Source: Myxococcales bacterium
GTDB lineage: Bacteria; Myxococcota; Myxococcia; Myxococcales; UBA5297
Length of the DNA stretch: 64,000 bases
Direction: 5' to 3'
Assembly: GCA_049841135.1 (NCBI GenBank)
Contig: JASGHK010000008.1
Location: 403,272 to 467,271, forward strand
This document shows positions 17,184 through 28,200 of this stretch, in pieces. A model generated the notes under the pieces. It saw nothing but the letters and a program-made list of their open reading frames with translations, made no database searches and had not been told where the DNA came from. Made by a program: the position numbers and the translations under genes. Every line of letters begins with the position of its first letter. Position 1 is the first letter of the stretch.

Positions 17184-20100
17184 AACACGCCGATGCTGAA
17201 GTGGGGGACGACCATCCCCTCCTGCAGCGTACGGTCCGGTGTCAGGTTGATCCCTACGTCCAGCGCCGCCGGTCCGATGGGCGTGACGAAGCGGATACCT
17301 GCACCCACGGAGTAGCGCAGCTGCAGCCGCAGCAGGTCGAAGTACTTCTGGTCGAGCCACAAGTTGCCGGTGTCGAAGAAGAGCGCCCCCTCGAGCGCAC
17401 CGGTGATGGGGAAGCGCAGCTCCGCGCGCCCCAGCATGAAGAGCTCGCCGCCTTCCGAGAGCAGCTGCTGGCCGCGGCTGACGCTGCAGCCGGTCTTGTT
17501 GAGGATGGCGTCGCACTGCGCGATCTCGTCCCGCAGGATCTGCCGCTGGTCCTCGGCCACGATGCCGTCGTCCAGGAAGCCGCGCATGGTGGTCGCGCCG
17601 CCCAGGAAGAAGCGCTTGGAGACCGGCGTCTCGGAGTCCACCTGAGGGTTTAAGTGGAAGACCATGCCCCCCCGCAGTGACAGCGCCAGCACGACTCGGC
17701 GCCAGAGGGGGACATAGCCGTTGGCCTGCAGAGTGGCCTTGATGAGCGACGTGTGCGGCTCGCGCTTGGGCCCGTTCTCAGGGCCTATCGACCCGCCGAG
17801 CGAGGTGACGTACTCGGTGCTGGCGAGAACCAGCAGGCCCCGATGTGGGTTGGCGGGGTCGTCGCGCAGGTCCCAGCTCACCGAGGGGCGCAGCGAGAAG
17901 AGCGCCGTGAAGCCTTCGGGGAAGCGCAGGCGCTCCGTGTCGGCGCGCGAGAGCCCTACGAGCGCCCCGGTGATCCACACGTAGTCGCCCATGACCTCGG
18001 CGGCGAGCCCCGCGGAGATGCCCTTGGGCCCGGTGACGTCCGCGCCCAGGATGGCGCCGGTGCGCATGGCGTCGAAGGCCGGGCGGTTGACCAGCTCGTG
18101 GATAAGCTCCAGGCGCACGCCCGTCTCCACCGGCAGGAACTGCAGTACGCGCGGATACTGCAGCGACAGGTTGATACGCCGACCCAGCGCCCGGTCGGCG
18201 CTGCGCTGCTTGGCGGCGCTGGAGAGAGCGACGTAGCCCAGGTTGAAGAAGTTGAGCTTGGCCCGGCCGGAGAACTGCAGCGCCCGGCCGAAGAGGTTGA
18301 CCTTGCTGTACTCCAGGAAGAACCGGGGCCCTTCGACGAACGAGTAGCCGGCGCCCAAGGTGATGGCCTGCGTGGCGCGCTCGTCGACGGTAACGAAGAC
18401 GTCCTTGGTCTCGTCGGGCACCTCCGGCGCGTTCATGCGCAGCGACACCGCCTTGAAGATGCCCAGGCGCACGAGGTTGCGCTGGCTCTGCGCCAGGTCC
18501 TCGGGGTCGAGCAGCGCGCCCTCCTCGACCGACAGGGCGCTGCGCACCACGTCTTCGGCGGTGCGCCCGGTGCCCTGCACCAGGATCCGCCCGACGCGGA
18601 CCTTGGGGCCGGCGGCGATGCGGAACTCCACCGCGGCTTGCGTCTGGTCGGCGTCATAGAGCTCGTCGTCCTCGACCTTGGCGAAGACGTAGCCCTCCCG
18701 CCCCAGTGCCTTCTGGATCGCCTGGCGCGAGTTCTCCACGTCCAGCGAGTTGAGCGGCTTTCCCTTCTTGAGCGCGACGAACGCGCAGGCCTTCTCCGGG
18801 TCCGGCGCCCCCGGGCAGCGCACCTCGGAGACCAGCGTCTGCGGTCCCTCGTGCACCTGGATGACGACCTGCGCCTCGCGGGTGCGCTCGTCTCGCGAGA
18901 TGCGCGGCGGCTCCACCTTGGCCGAGAGGAAGCCGTCGGCGCGGTAGAGCTCCACGATGCGCGTGAGCGCCTGCTGGTAGGCCGGCTCGTACCAGACGGA
19001 GGCGGGCTCCGGGGCATAGCGGGCGCGCTTGCGCGGCGGCCCGCCCGCCAGCACCTCGTCGGGCTTGGCGGGCTCGGGGATGGTCCCCAGGGCGGCCTCC
19101 AGGAGCGACTCGTCCAGGCGGTCCCGGAGGAACTGGGCGTCGAAGTGGGCGTGGCCCACGAAGGTGATGGTCGAGACGCGCAACGGCGCGCCCTCCTCGA
19201 CGTGGAAGACGATGAAGTTCTTCTTGCGGTCGGTGCCGCGGACCTCGCTCCAGCGCACCCGGGCCTCGGCGAAGCCCGAGAGCCGGTAGAAGAGCACCAG
19301 CCGGTCGGAGAGCTGGCCCAACAGGCCGTCGTCGAGCGGCTCCTCAGGGTCGTAAGAGAGGCGGCTCTTGAGCTCCGCGTCGCTGAACGCGTCGTTGCCC
19401 TGGAACCGGAAGTCCACCGCCGGCCCGGCGGTGACGGGCAGGCGCACCGTCGCGCCCTGCTCGTCCTCGGACACCTCCGGCGGGCCGAAGCGGGCCCGGT
19501 AGTACGCCTCCTCGCGGTAGCGCGCCTTGAGCGCGGCGATGCCCTTCTCCAGCTTGCCCAGGTTGAGCACGTCGCCCTGGGCCAGCCCCAGCGTCCTGGC
19601 AATCTCCTCGATGGGCAGCTGCGGGTCGCCCGCCACGTGCAGCGCCACCAGGCGGATGGGCTCGCCTTCGCTCACGCGGAAGGTGAGCAGCGTCTCCTTC
19701 TGCTCGGTCTCCAGCAGCAGGTGGTCGATGCGCGCGCGGGTGTAGCCGATCCGCCGGTAGGCGGCGAGCAGCCGGTCGGTGAGCTTCTCGACGAACTCCG
19801 GGTAGTACTCCAGGCGCCGGTCGGGGACGGCGAGCGCCTTGCGCAGCTCGGCCTCGGAGAGGGCCTTCTGCCCCTCGAAGTCGATGCGGTCGACGTAGGT
19901 GCGGCTCTCGGCCTCGACGACGACCTCGAGCTTGCCGTCCGCGCGCGGCGCGGCGGTGATGACGATGTCCGCGAACCGGCCGGTGCCGTACAGCCGTTCC
20001 AGCGTGCGGCGCACGTCCTTCTTCTCCAGCGGCGTGTTGGGCCGCAGGGTGATGAGCGCGGCCGCCTCCTGGGTGTCCTCGCCCTGGGACAGGTGCAGCT

Positions 20101-20386
20101 CGACGCTGCCGATGACGCCCGGCGGCGATGCGGCCGGCTCCGGCTCTGGCGCGGAGCTGGTCTCCGTGGCCGGTCCGAGCTCGGACGGAGGCGCGGCGGG
20201 AGGGGCAGGCGCCGGCGCCTTCTTGGCGGCCGCCACCGCGCGAAGCTTGCCCGCGACGGCGCCGGCGGGCGTCGCCCCGAGCAGGAGGCCCAGCACGGCC
20301 AGGAAGGTGGCTACTCGAGTTCCCAACGGAGTTTCAGGTCGAGGCCCAGGTCGCCCAGCGAGCTGCTGGTCGACTCGTTGTCCCAC
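17180..20386 (-). CDS. bamA: Omp85/BamA-family outer-membrane protein assembly factor (multi-POTRA)
   Basis: Long Pro/Ala-rich N-terminus, several POTRA-like modules and a C-terminal Omp85 barrel (RFFLGGATTMRGF...HFSIGVF). The true start may be internal, since the listed ORF overlaps the tamB-like stop by 75 nt. Confidence 0.75.
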   Translation of the reverse strand: MGQRVDQQLAGRPGPRPETPLGTRVATFLAVLGLLLGATPAGAVAGKLRAVAAAKKAPAPAPPAAPPSELGPATETSSAPEPEPAASPPGVIGSVELHLSQGEDTQEAAALITLRPNTPLEKKDVRRTLERLYGTGRFADIVITAAPRADGKLEVVVEAESRTYVDRIDFEGQKALSEAELRKALAVPDRRLEYYPEFVEKLTDRLLAAYRRIGYTRARIDHLLLETEQKETLLTFRVSEGEPIRLVALHVAGDPQLPIEEIARTLGLAQGDVLNLGKLEKGIAALKARYREEAYYRARFGPPEVSEDEQGATVRLPVTAGPAVDFRFQGNDAFSDAELKSRLSYDPEEPLDDGLLGQLSDRLVLFYRLSGFAEARVRWSEVRGTDRKKNFIVFHVEEGAPLRVSTITFVGHAHFDAQFLRDRLDESLLEAALGTIPEPAKPDEVLAGGPPRKRARYAPEPASVWYEPAYQQALTRIVELYRADGFLSAKVEPPRISRDERTREAQVVIQVHEGPQTLVSEVRCPGAPDPEKACAFVALKKGKPLNSLDVENSRQAIQKALGREGYVFAKVEDDELYDADQTQAAVEFRIAAGPKVRVGRILVQGTGRTAEDVVRSALSVEEGALLDPEDLAQSQRNLVRLGIFKAVSLRMNAPEVPDETKDVFVTVDERATQAITLGAGYSFVEGPRFFLEYSKVNLFGRALQFSGRAKLNFFNLGYVALSSAAKQRSADRALGRRINLSLQYPRVLQFLPVETGVRLELIHELVNRPAFDAMRTGAILGADVTGPKGISAGLAAEVMGDYVWITGALVGLSRADTERLRFPEGFTALFSLRPSVSWDLRDDPANPHRGLLVLASTEYVTSLGGSIGPENGPKREPHTSLIKATLQANGYVPLWRRVVLALSLRGGMVFHLNPQVDSETPVSKRFFLGGATTMRGFLDDGIVAEDQRQILRDEIAQCDAILNKTGCSVSRGQQLLSEGGELFMLGRAELRFPITGALEGALFFDTGNLWLDQKYFDLLRLQLRYSVGAGIRFVTPIGPAALDVGINLTPDRTLQEGMVVPHFSIGVF

Positions 20387-23300
20387 TGCATCTGCAGAGA
20401 GGTGTTGTCGTTGAAGCGGTACTCGGCCTGCGCACGGCGCCCCTTGCCGGAGATGACTGGTTGGGAGAGGCGCAGCCGCAGGTTGTCGGTGAGCACCTTG
20501 GCCTCCAGCTCGGCGGTCGGCTCGACCATCTGGCTCACGTCCGAGTACTGGGTCGAGATGCGCACGTTGAGGTCGCGGATGACGGAGTTCTTGGGCATGA
20601 ACTTCTTGAGGGTCTTGTCCAGGCCGGACGCGTTCATGATGGCCTCGCCGGCCAGGCCCAGGCCGGCCTGGGTGGACATGGCGTTCTCGCTGGTCACCCC
20701 CGTGAAGAGCAGCGCCACGATGTCGCCGCGGCTCAGGGCCGGCTCGCAGGTGAGCACCACCTCCGGGTCCTCCCAGGGGCCGATGGCGTGGAGCAGGACC
20801 TTGTAGTCGCGCACCTGCGTCTCGGCGTGCACGTCGATGTTGTAGGCGATCCGGTCGCGCTCGCGCATGCTGACCGCGCCTCGGCTGATCCAGAACTCGT
20901 TGTTGTGGAAGAAGCCGCGCCCGCCCTCCTCGGCGACGAGCGTCCCCTCCAGGCCCATGTGCACGTTGGTGCCGGTCACGTGCAGCGGCCCCTCGCTCTT
21001 GAAGGTGAGCTTGATGATGTTGTTGTCGATGCGCGCGCCGCCGCCGCCGGGGACGGTGACGTTCACGTCGTAGCGCAGGTACTCCTCACGCTTCTCGAAG
21101 CTCTTGGCCTCGACCCGTCGCCGCTTGGGGTCGTTGATGAAGGAGTCGAGGTCGAAGTCGTCGGAGTAGCGGAAGCGCACCATGTCCACGTCGCCGGCCA
21201 GGGTGAGCGCCCCGGACGTCCCGTAGAGCGCCATCGCCCCGGAGAAGGTGGTGGGGATGTTCTCGGGGTATTTGAACTGCACCTCGTCGAGCTGGGCCGA
21301 CAGGTTGTAGCGCTGAGGGACGAAGTCCTTGAGGACCAGGTCGCCGGAGGCGCGCACCCGGCCGTTGTTGACGGTCCCCTCGACGTCCCGGAGGAAGAGC
21401 TTGTTCTGGCTGAACTCGAACTGGCCGGCCACGTCGCGCCCCTGGGCCGGGGGCATGCGGGTGGTGAAGCGCCCGTTCTCCAGCGAGGCGGCGCCGACCA
21501 CCTCCGGCTTGCTCGGCGGGCCGGAGACGGTCGCCGAGACCTGGAACTTGCCGCCGGTCTGCTCGAGCCAGGGCATGACGAGTTCCAGCGCCCGGGCGTC
21601 GAAGCTGCCGTCGACCGAGACATCCAGGTCGCCGTCGAGGACGCCGGCGAGCGTCAGGCGCGTCCCGGCGGTGCCCTTGAGCGTCGCCGCCTTGAGCTCC
21701 ACCAGCGAGCCCTGGAAGCTGAGCGCGACGGGACCCTCGTTCGCGAAGCTCCAGTCGCCCTTGCCGAAGGTCAGCGTGGGCACCCAGAGGTCGCCGCGGG
21801 CCTCCTCGTAGCGGATCACGGTGCCGGTGGCCAAGGCCTCGCCCGCGAGCGCTCCTTTGAGCCCGGAGACGGACGGGAAGTAGTGCCCGAGGTCGGCCGT
21901 CGAGGCGGAGATGCCCATGGCGAAGGGCATGTCGCCCTCGAAGACCAGGCGCCCGTCGAGGAGCAGGTCCGTGCCCAGCGGCCCCTTCAGGGACATCGTC
22001 GTGCGGTCCATCTTCAGGTCCCAGGTACCGCTGCCCAGCCCGACCCCGAACATCGCCAGGTCCTTGGCCACGACGCTCCCTTGGGCCTGCACGTGGTCGG
22101 TCGGGCCGAAGAAGTGGACCTTGGCCTCCAGGACGCCGCGCATGCCCAGGAAATCGCCGTTGGGCTTGGCCAGGTGCTCGGGGAAGAGCGTGGGCGCGTC
22201 GAGGTCGAAGTCCAGGCCCTCGTCGAACATCACCTTGCCGGCGAAGGTGAGCTTGCCGCTCGGCCCCTCGAGCTCGATGGGCTCCAGGCTGATGCCCTTG
22301 CCGTCCAGCGCGTGGAAGACGAGCCGCCCGTTGCCAAACTTGCGCTCCAGCCAGGTGAAGTCCTCGAGCCGGGCGTCGACCGTGGCGTGCGGCTCGAGCA
22401 CCGGGCTGTCGATGCTGGCGGTGCCGCTGATGCGCGCCTCGGACTTGCCGCGCAGCGGGTCGAAGATCCAGTGCTCGTCGCCGATGGCCTCGACCAGGTC
22501 GGACAGGCGTCCCCCCTCGAAGCTCATGCTGGCCTTCACCGCCGGCTTGTCGGCGCCCAAGTCGAAGGCTCCCTGGGCGTTGAAGCGCGACCGGCCCTTC
22601 AGCACGGTGACCGCAGGAAAGATGAGCGAGCTGCCGCGCAGCTGGATCTGCGCGTCCACGGCCCCCAGGCTCAGCTTGTGGAAGCGGAAGTCGCGGATGC
22701 TGGCCTGGGCGTCGATGCGCGGCTGCCAGTCCAGCACGCGGATCATGCAGCGGCCCGTGAGCTTGCCGTCGAAGGGGATGCCGATGAGGTGCTTGAGATC
22801 GCCGAGGTCGAGCTCGCGTGGAAGGGCCTCGATGGTGAAGCCCTTGGTGTGCGGCTCGAAGGCCAGCACGGTGTCGTTGTCGATGAAGGTGCCCCGCGGC
22901 GTCTTCACGGTGGCCTTGTGCAGGTGCACCCGCTCGGTGTTGAAGTCCGCGATGAGGTCCACCCGCGCCTGCTCGAAGTCCAGGACGTGCAGCTTGTCGG
23001 GCTGGTCCCAGCCGCCCAGCGTCACGTGGAAGTCCCTGACGTCGATGCCCGCCGGGCCGCTCAGGTGGAACGGCACGAGCTCGCCCTTGACCTCCACGTG
23101 GCCGCTCGCGCGGTAGTCGACCCAGGCGTGCTTGATGATCAGCTTGTCGAGCAGCTTGCCGAACGGGATCTCCTCCAGGTCCACCGACGCGGAGACCGGG
23201 AAGCCCTTGCCCAGGCCGACGGTGCCCGAGACGCGGGCCTTGCCGTCGCCCACGCCCAGGTCGAGCTTGCCGATCTTCACCTTGCCCTTGTCCAGGCGCG

Positions 23301-24222
23301 CCTCGAGGTAGGCGTCCCCGACGTCGAACTCCTCGACCTTGGCGCGCGCCAGCGTCACCTCGAGCTCGGCGCTGGGGTTGTCCAGCCCGCCCTCGAGCTT
23401 CTTGAGGTTCACCACCGCGTTGCCCGAGAGCCTGGGGGCCTGCGGCCCGAGGATGGTGGAGGCCAGGTCGAGCGGCAGGTACAGCGTCGCCTCCAGGCCG
23501 AAGCTCGGCTCGCACAGGGTCTCGACGTCGCCGCGGGCGAACAGCGCCAGCTCGCCCAGCGCCACCTCCAGGTGGTTCAAGGTCAGCTTCCTGCGGTCGA
23601 GGTCCAGGGCGCTCGAGACGCGCAGGCGCGACAGCGGCAGCTGTACCTGGCCGGTGCGCACCGTGCCGCGCGGCACGCCCAGCCGGGTCGCGTACGCCCG
23701 CCGCGACAGGCGCAGGTCGAGGTCGGCTTCCTCCAGGTCCACCACCCGGTCGCCGGGGGCGATCACCTTCACGTCCGCACCGTTGACGGCCAGGCTCTCG
23801 ACCTCCAGCGCCCCCTCCACCGCGTCCAGGAAGCACCCGGCGCTGGGCTCACGCGGGGAGGTGAAGTCGAGCTTGGACAGGTCCACGCGCACCTTCGGGC
23901 GCTCCACTTCGATCCGCTCCAGTGCCAGGCGTCCGAACAAGAGCTGCAGCGCCCGCACGCGCACCAGCAGCCGGTCGGCGGCGACCAGCGGCTCGGGCGC
24001 CCCGTGAGGCGTGGCGCTGAACGAGCGGATCTCGACCTCGCCCGACAGGGGGTCCACCTCGCAGCGGCCGAGCGAGACGTCCATCGAGAGCAGCGCCGGC
24101 AGCCGGCCCCGTGCCCAGCCGCAGACCTTCTCGCCCGCCCACTCGGTGCGCAGCACGCCGGCGGCCACGGCCATCAGGCCCAGCAGGAGCAGCACGAGCG
24201 TGCGGCCGAAGTGGCGCTTCAT
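20311..24222 (-). CDS. tamB: TamB-like translocation and assembly module protein (AsmA/DUF490 family)
   Basis: About 1300-aa repetitive beta-rich protein with N-terminal TM segment MKRHFGRTLVLLLLGLMAVAAG and a DUF490-like C-terminus. Lies immediately upstream of the Omp85 gene. Confidence 0.65.
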   Translation of the reverse strand: MKRHFGRTLVLLLLGLMAVAAGVLRTEWAGEKVCGWARGRLPALLSMDVSLGRCEVDPLSGEVEIRSFSATPHGAPEPLVAADRLLVRVRALQLLFGRLALERIEVERPKVRVDLSKLDFTSPREPSAGCFLDAVEGALEVESLAVNGADVKVIAPGDRVVDLEEADLDLRLSRRAYATRLGVPRGTVRTGQVQLPLSRLRVSSALDLDRRKLTLNHLEVALGELALFARGDVETLCEPSFGLEATLYLPLDLASTILGPQAPRLSGNAVVNLKKLEGGLDNPSAELEVTLARAKVEEFDVGDAYLEARLDKGKVKIGKLDLGVGDGKARVSGTVGLGKGFPVSASVDLEEIPFGKLLDKLIIKHAWVDYRASGHVEVKGELVPFHLSGPAGIDVRDFHVTLGGWDQPDKLHVLDFEQARVDLIADFNTERVHLHKATVKTPRGTFIDNDTVLAFEPHTKGFTIEALPRELDLGDLKHLIGIPFDGKLTGRCMIRVLDWQPRIDAQASIRDFRFHKLSLGAVDAQIQLRGSSLIFPAVTVLKGRSRFNAQGAFDLGADKPAVKASMSFEGGRLSDLVEAIGDEHWIFDPLRGKSEARISGTASIDSPVLEPHATVDARLEDFTWLERKFGNGRLVFHALDGKGISLEPIELEGPSGKLTFAGKVMFDEGLDFDLDAPTLFPEHLAKPNGDFLGMRGVLEAKVHFFGPTDHVQAQGSVVAKDLAMFGVGLGSGTWDLKMDRTTMSLKGPLGTDLLLDGRLVFEGDMPFAMGISASTADLGHYFPSVSGLKGALAGEALATGTVIRYEEARGDLWVPTLTFGKGDWSFANEGPVALSFQGSLVELKAATLKGTAGTRLTLAGVLDGDLDVSVDGSFDARALELVMPWLEQTGGKFQVSATVSGPPSKPEVVGAASLENGRFTTRMPPAQGRDVAGQFEFSQNKLFLRDVEGTVNNGRVRASGDLVLKDFVPQRYNLSAQLDEVQFKYPENIPTTFSGAMALYGTSGALTLAGDVDMVRFRYSDDFDLDSFINDPKRRRVEAKSFEKREEYLRYDVNVTVPGGGGARIDNNIIKLTFKSEGPLHVTGTNVHMGLEGTLVAEEGGRGFFHNNEFWISRGAVSMRERDRIAYNIDVHAETQVRDYKVLLHAIGPWEDPEVVLTCEPALSRGDIVALLFTGVTSENAMSTQAGLGLAGEAIMNASGLDKTLKKFMPKNSVIRDLNVRISTQYSDVSQMVEPTAELEAKVLTDNLRLRLSQPVISGKGRRAQAEYRFNDNTSLQMQWDNESTSSSLGDLGLDLKLRWELE

Positions 24223-24260
24223 CGCGTCGCCGGCAGCGCCCGGACCAAAAGAGTTGCGGC

Positions 24261-25214
24261 CTAGGCCTGCTTGAGCCCTTCCAGGTAGCGGTCGATCTCC
24301 CCGAGGTCGACCTTCGGTCCGGGAGCAGGCCGGTCGCCCTTGGCGGGGGCCGGGGCGGCGCTCATGCGCTCCTTGGCCTTGGCATCGGCGGCCGGCACGA
24401 CGGCCTCGAGGCCCAGGTCCTTGGCCACGCGCTCGAGCAGCTTGGCGTCCACCGCGTCGCGCTTGGCCACGAACGCCTCGAACAGCGCGTTGTCGCACAG
24501 CGTGTTGATGACCCGCGGCGTGCCGCCCGAGTACCGGTGGACCGCGTGGACGGCCTCGACGGTGAACGGGTTGCGCGGGGCGCCGGCCAGGCGCAGCCGG
24601 TGCTTGACGTAGGCCTCGGTCGACTCCTGCGAGAACGGCTCGAGCTTGTAGCGCAGCGCCACCCGCTGGGCGAGCGGCGGGTCGAGCTTGAGGTTCTGCT
24701 CGATCTCCGGGAGCCCGAAGAAGACGAAGGAGAGCAGCTTGTGGCCGGGGACCTCCAGGTTGAGCATCCCGCGGAACTCCTCCATCAGCTCGCGGGTCTG
24801 CAGCATCTGGGCTTCGTCGATGAGGACGACGGCCTTCTTGCCCGACTCGTGGATCTGGTAGAGGCGCTGGTAGAGCTGGCTGAGCAGCGCCAGCTTCTCC
24901 TCGGCGGGCCGCTCCACCCCCATCTGGAGGGCGATGCGCTTGAGCAGCCAGCTGGCGGTGATGCCGCTGTGGATGATGACCAGCAGCGCCGCCTCGTACT
25001 CCTGCTCGGGCAGCGAGTCGAGCAGCCTGCGTGCGAGCGTCGTCTTGCCCGCGCCGATGTCGCCCACCAGCACCGCCAGGCCCTTCATGTACGAGACGGC
25101 ATGCATCAGGCGGGTGAGGGCCTGCGAGTGCTGGACGCTGTTGTAGTAGAAGCGGCTCACCGGGGCGTTGGAGAACGGCTCCTGCGAGAGCCCGAAGTGC
25201 TCGAGATAGGTCAT
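24261..25214 (-). CDS. ExeA/GspA/MshM-like AAA ATPase
   Basis: VLVGDIGAGKTTLARRL (Walker A) and VVLIDEAQ (Walker B). Overall ExeA-like architecture. Confidence 0.75.
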   Translation of the reverse strand: MTYLEHFGLSQEPFSNAPVSRFYYNSVQHSQALTRLMHAVSYMKGLAVLVGDIGAGKTTLARRLLDSLPEQEYEAALLVIIHSGITASWLLKRIALQMGVERPAEEKLALLSQLYQRLYQIHESGKKAVVLIDEAQMLQTRELMEEFRGMLNLEVPGHKLLSFVFFGLPEIEQNLKLDPPLAQRVALRYKLEPFSQESTEAYVKHRLRLAGAPRNPFTVEAVHAVHRYSGGTPRVINTLCDNALFEAFVAKRDAVDAKLLERVAKDLGLEAVVPAADAKAKERMSAAPAPAKGDRPAPGPKVDLGEIDRYLEGLKQA

Positions 25215-25224
25215 GGGCTGGCCG

Positions 25225-28200
25225 TCACACGTACCCTATCTTGCCGGTCCTCTTGCCTGTCCCGCCCGCCTTGGGGTCGGGCTTCTCGGGCCCGGTCGCG
25301 CTCTCGGGCTTGGCCGCGGGCTTGGCGGTCGAGCCATTGGCCGGGCGGCTGGGCTTGGCGGCGGCCGGAGCGGGCTCGACGGCGCCGGCCGCGACCAGCC
25401 GGTCGAGGGCCTCGCCCACCTGCCGGAAGTCGGGGTCGGTCTTCTGGACCTTGCGCAGCTGCGCGAGGGCCTCGCCGAGCTTGCCCATCTTCTCGAAGAC
25501 CAGGCCCAGGTCGAACTGGACGGCCTTGGCCGTGTCCGGGGTCACCTGCGGCAGCGCCAGCGCGCGTTGGAAGGCCTCGGCGGCGTCCGCCAGCTCGTCG
25601 CGCTCGAGGCGGCAGGTGCCGACCATGGCGAGAGCCTCGAGCTCCTTCTTCTTGCCGGCCGCAGCGGACGCGGCCTGCTCGAACTCGCCGATGGCGTCGT
25701 CGATGAGTCCCATCTCCTTGTAGGCAATGCCCAGGTCGAAGTGGGTCTCGACGTCTTCGGGCTTGACCACCTTCTTCAGGCCCTTCTTGAACTCGCCGAA
25801 GACGTCCTCGACCGACACCTGGAAGTCGTCGGTGGCCGGCGCGATGGGCCCGCCCAAGTCGCCCAGGTCCTCCTTGGCGAGCTCGCTGGCGAGGTCGAAG
25901 GCGCCGTCGGTGCTGGTCTCGGCAATCGCCGGGATGTCGGACTCGGGCGGCGTCTCGTTCTCGTCGGTGCTGCTCTTGGGCCCGGTCTCGAGCTCCTCCA
26001 GCCGGGCCATCAGCTCCTTGGCGCGGGCCGAGCCAGGGTAGGCCAGCATCACCGTCTCGAGGATCTCGCGAGCCTCCTCGAGCATCCCCTGGTCCATGAA
26101 GAAGGCGGCCTCGTCCAGCTCGTCCTGGGCCCCTTCCTCGTCCTCTCCCTCGGGTTCTGGCTCCGGCGCGGGCTTGGGCGTCGGCTTGACCGGCTCAGGC
26201 TTGGAGGCTGGCTTGGCAGGGGCCGCCTTGGCCTCGGGCTTGACCGGAGCAGCGGGCTTTGCGGCGGCCTTGGGCTCCGACTTGGCGGCCTTGGGCTCGG
26301 GCTTGGGGAGGTCGACTGGGGTCGTGGCGCTCGACGCCTTGGTGGGCTCGGGCTTGCGGGCTCCCACCGGAGTGGCGCTCGAGGCTTTGGCGGCCGAGTC
26401 GAGCACCTCCTGCGCATTGCGCAGGTTCGGCTGCGTCTTGGGTGAATGGGCGCTCTTGCTGGCGAGCGTCGGCAGGACGGAGGTCGGCTCGTCATCGGAG
26501 CCTTCGTCCAGCGGCTGGCCTTCCAGGGAGGACGGCTCGGGCTGCTGGACGACGGCGCCGAAGCTCTTGCGGATGACCCGCGGTCCGGCCGACTGCATCA
26601 ACAGCATCGGCAGGTCGGCGACCCGGGTCGCCTCGTTCTGCCCGTCCTCGTCCTCGGGGGCCCGGCGCGCGGCCGCGGGCATCGTCTGCCGGCCAGGCAT
26701 CGTCGGGTGCAGCTCGATCTCGCCGTCGTCGCCGCGGAGGGCGTTGGGGCCCTCGAGCGCGTCGCCCAGCTCCTCCGGCCCCCCCAGCTGCGCGCGCTGG
26801 TCGCCCAGGTCCTGCGCGTCGAACTGCTCCTCGGGTGGGACGGCGAACTCGGCGCTGCTGTGCTCGATCTCGACTTCCTCGTCGCCGGGCTGCGCCGCCG
26901 CAGCCAGGGCCGGGTCGAGCTCCGCCGGGGCCAGGTCCTGGAACGAGGCGTCGGGCCCATCCTCGAGCGAGGCTTCGGCGACGGAATCCCCCTCGAAGCC
27001 CGGGTCGACGAGCGGCTCCTGGTCCACCAGCTCCGGGGAAGCTCTCGGCGCTGGCCAGCGCCAGCTCGTCGTCGCCGGGGCCGGCGATGAGCTCCTCGTC
27101 GGATGGCGACTCGGCCAAAAGCTCGGGGCCGTCGACCTGAGGCTCCTCCGAGGCCAGCGACTCGGCGGCGGCGTCGAGCGCGGCGTCGTCGCTGTTGGCG
27201 ATGCTCACCGCTGCCAGGTCGACCGGGTGCTCGGGCTCCGGCGCCACCTCGACCGCCTCGTCCGCAGCCTCGACGAGGATGGCGTCCTCTTCGATCTCGG
27301 CAACCTCTTCGACCGGGGCCAGGCCTCCCACGGCGTTGAGGAACCCGGGGATCTCGGGGTGGGTCGGCTCCTTCTCGCACAGCTTCTGCAGCGCCGTCCG
27401 GGCGCGGTCCAGCTCGTTGCGGGCGATGCAGGTGCGCACCACCCGCGTCAGGCTGTCGAGCGCGGCCTGGACGTTGCCGCTGGCGGCGAAGAGGTCGGCC
27501 GCCTTCTCATGGGCGTCGACCGAGTCCGGGTCGATGGCGAACACCTTCTTGAGGTGCTCGATGGCCTTCTCGTGCAGACCGTACTTGACGTAGACGTCGG
27601 TCTCGGTCAGCAGCCGCGGGATCTGGTCGGCGGCAGGCTTGGCCGCAGGCGAAGCGGCCTGCTGGGCGGGCCTGGAGGGCTGCGCCGTGGCCTGGGCCAC
27701 GGGTTGAGCGACCGGGGCCGCGGGCTGCGCAGCGGGCGCTTGTGCGGCGAAGCGCGAGCGGACGTCAGGGTCCTCCGGCGCCAGGTCCTGGATCTTGCGC
27801 CAGGTCTCGCGCTCCTCGTCGACGCGGTCCTGCTCGTCGTAGATCTTGGCGAGCTCCTTGTAGACCGAGACCGTCTTGGCGATCTGCCCGAGGTCCTTGA
27901 AGGCCTGGGCGAGCATCGTGAGCGTCTCGACGTCCTTGGGGTCCGCCTTGAAGCAGATCTGCAGCTTGGCCAGTGCGCGCTTGGTGTCCTGCTTGGTCAG
28001 GTAGATGTTGGCCAGCTCGCGCGTCAAGTCGAGGTTGTTCGGGTCGAGGAAGACCAGGCGCTCGGCGACCTTGATGTAGTCGTCGACCCGGTTGTTGCGC
28101 TTGAGGTACTCCGCGGCCCGCCCGAACTCGGCGATGGCCTCGGGGTTCATGTTCTCGCGCGCGTAGAGCTCGGCGAGCTTGATGCGGCTGGCGACGTTCT

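Noticed and set aside
20128-24264. 1378-aa plus-strand ORF and 916-aa minus-strand ORF (21086..23836) overlapping tamB, and 1017-aa ORF 17753..20806 overlapping bamA
   Set aside because: These are shadow ORFs of the TamB/BamA genes. Their translations are low-complexity and lack signal peptides or domains.
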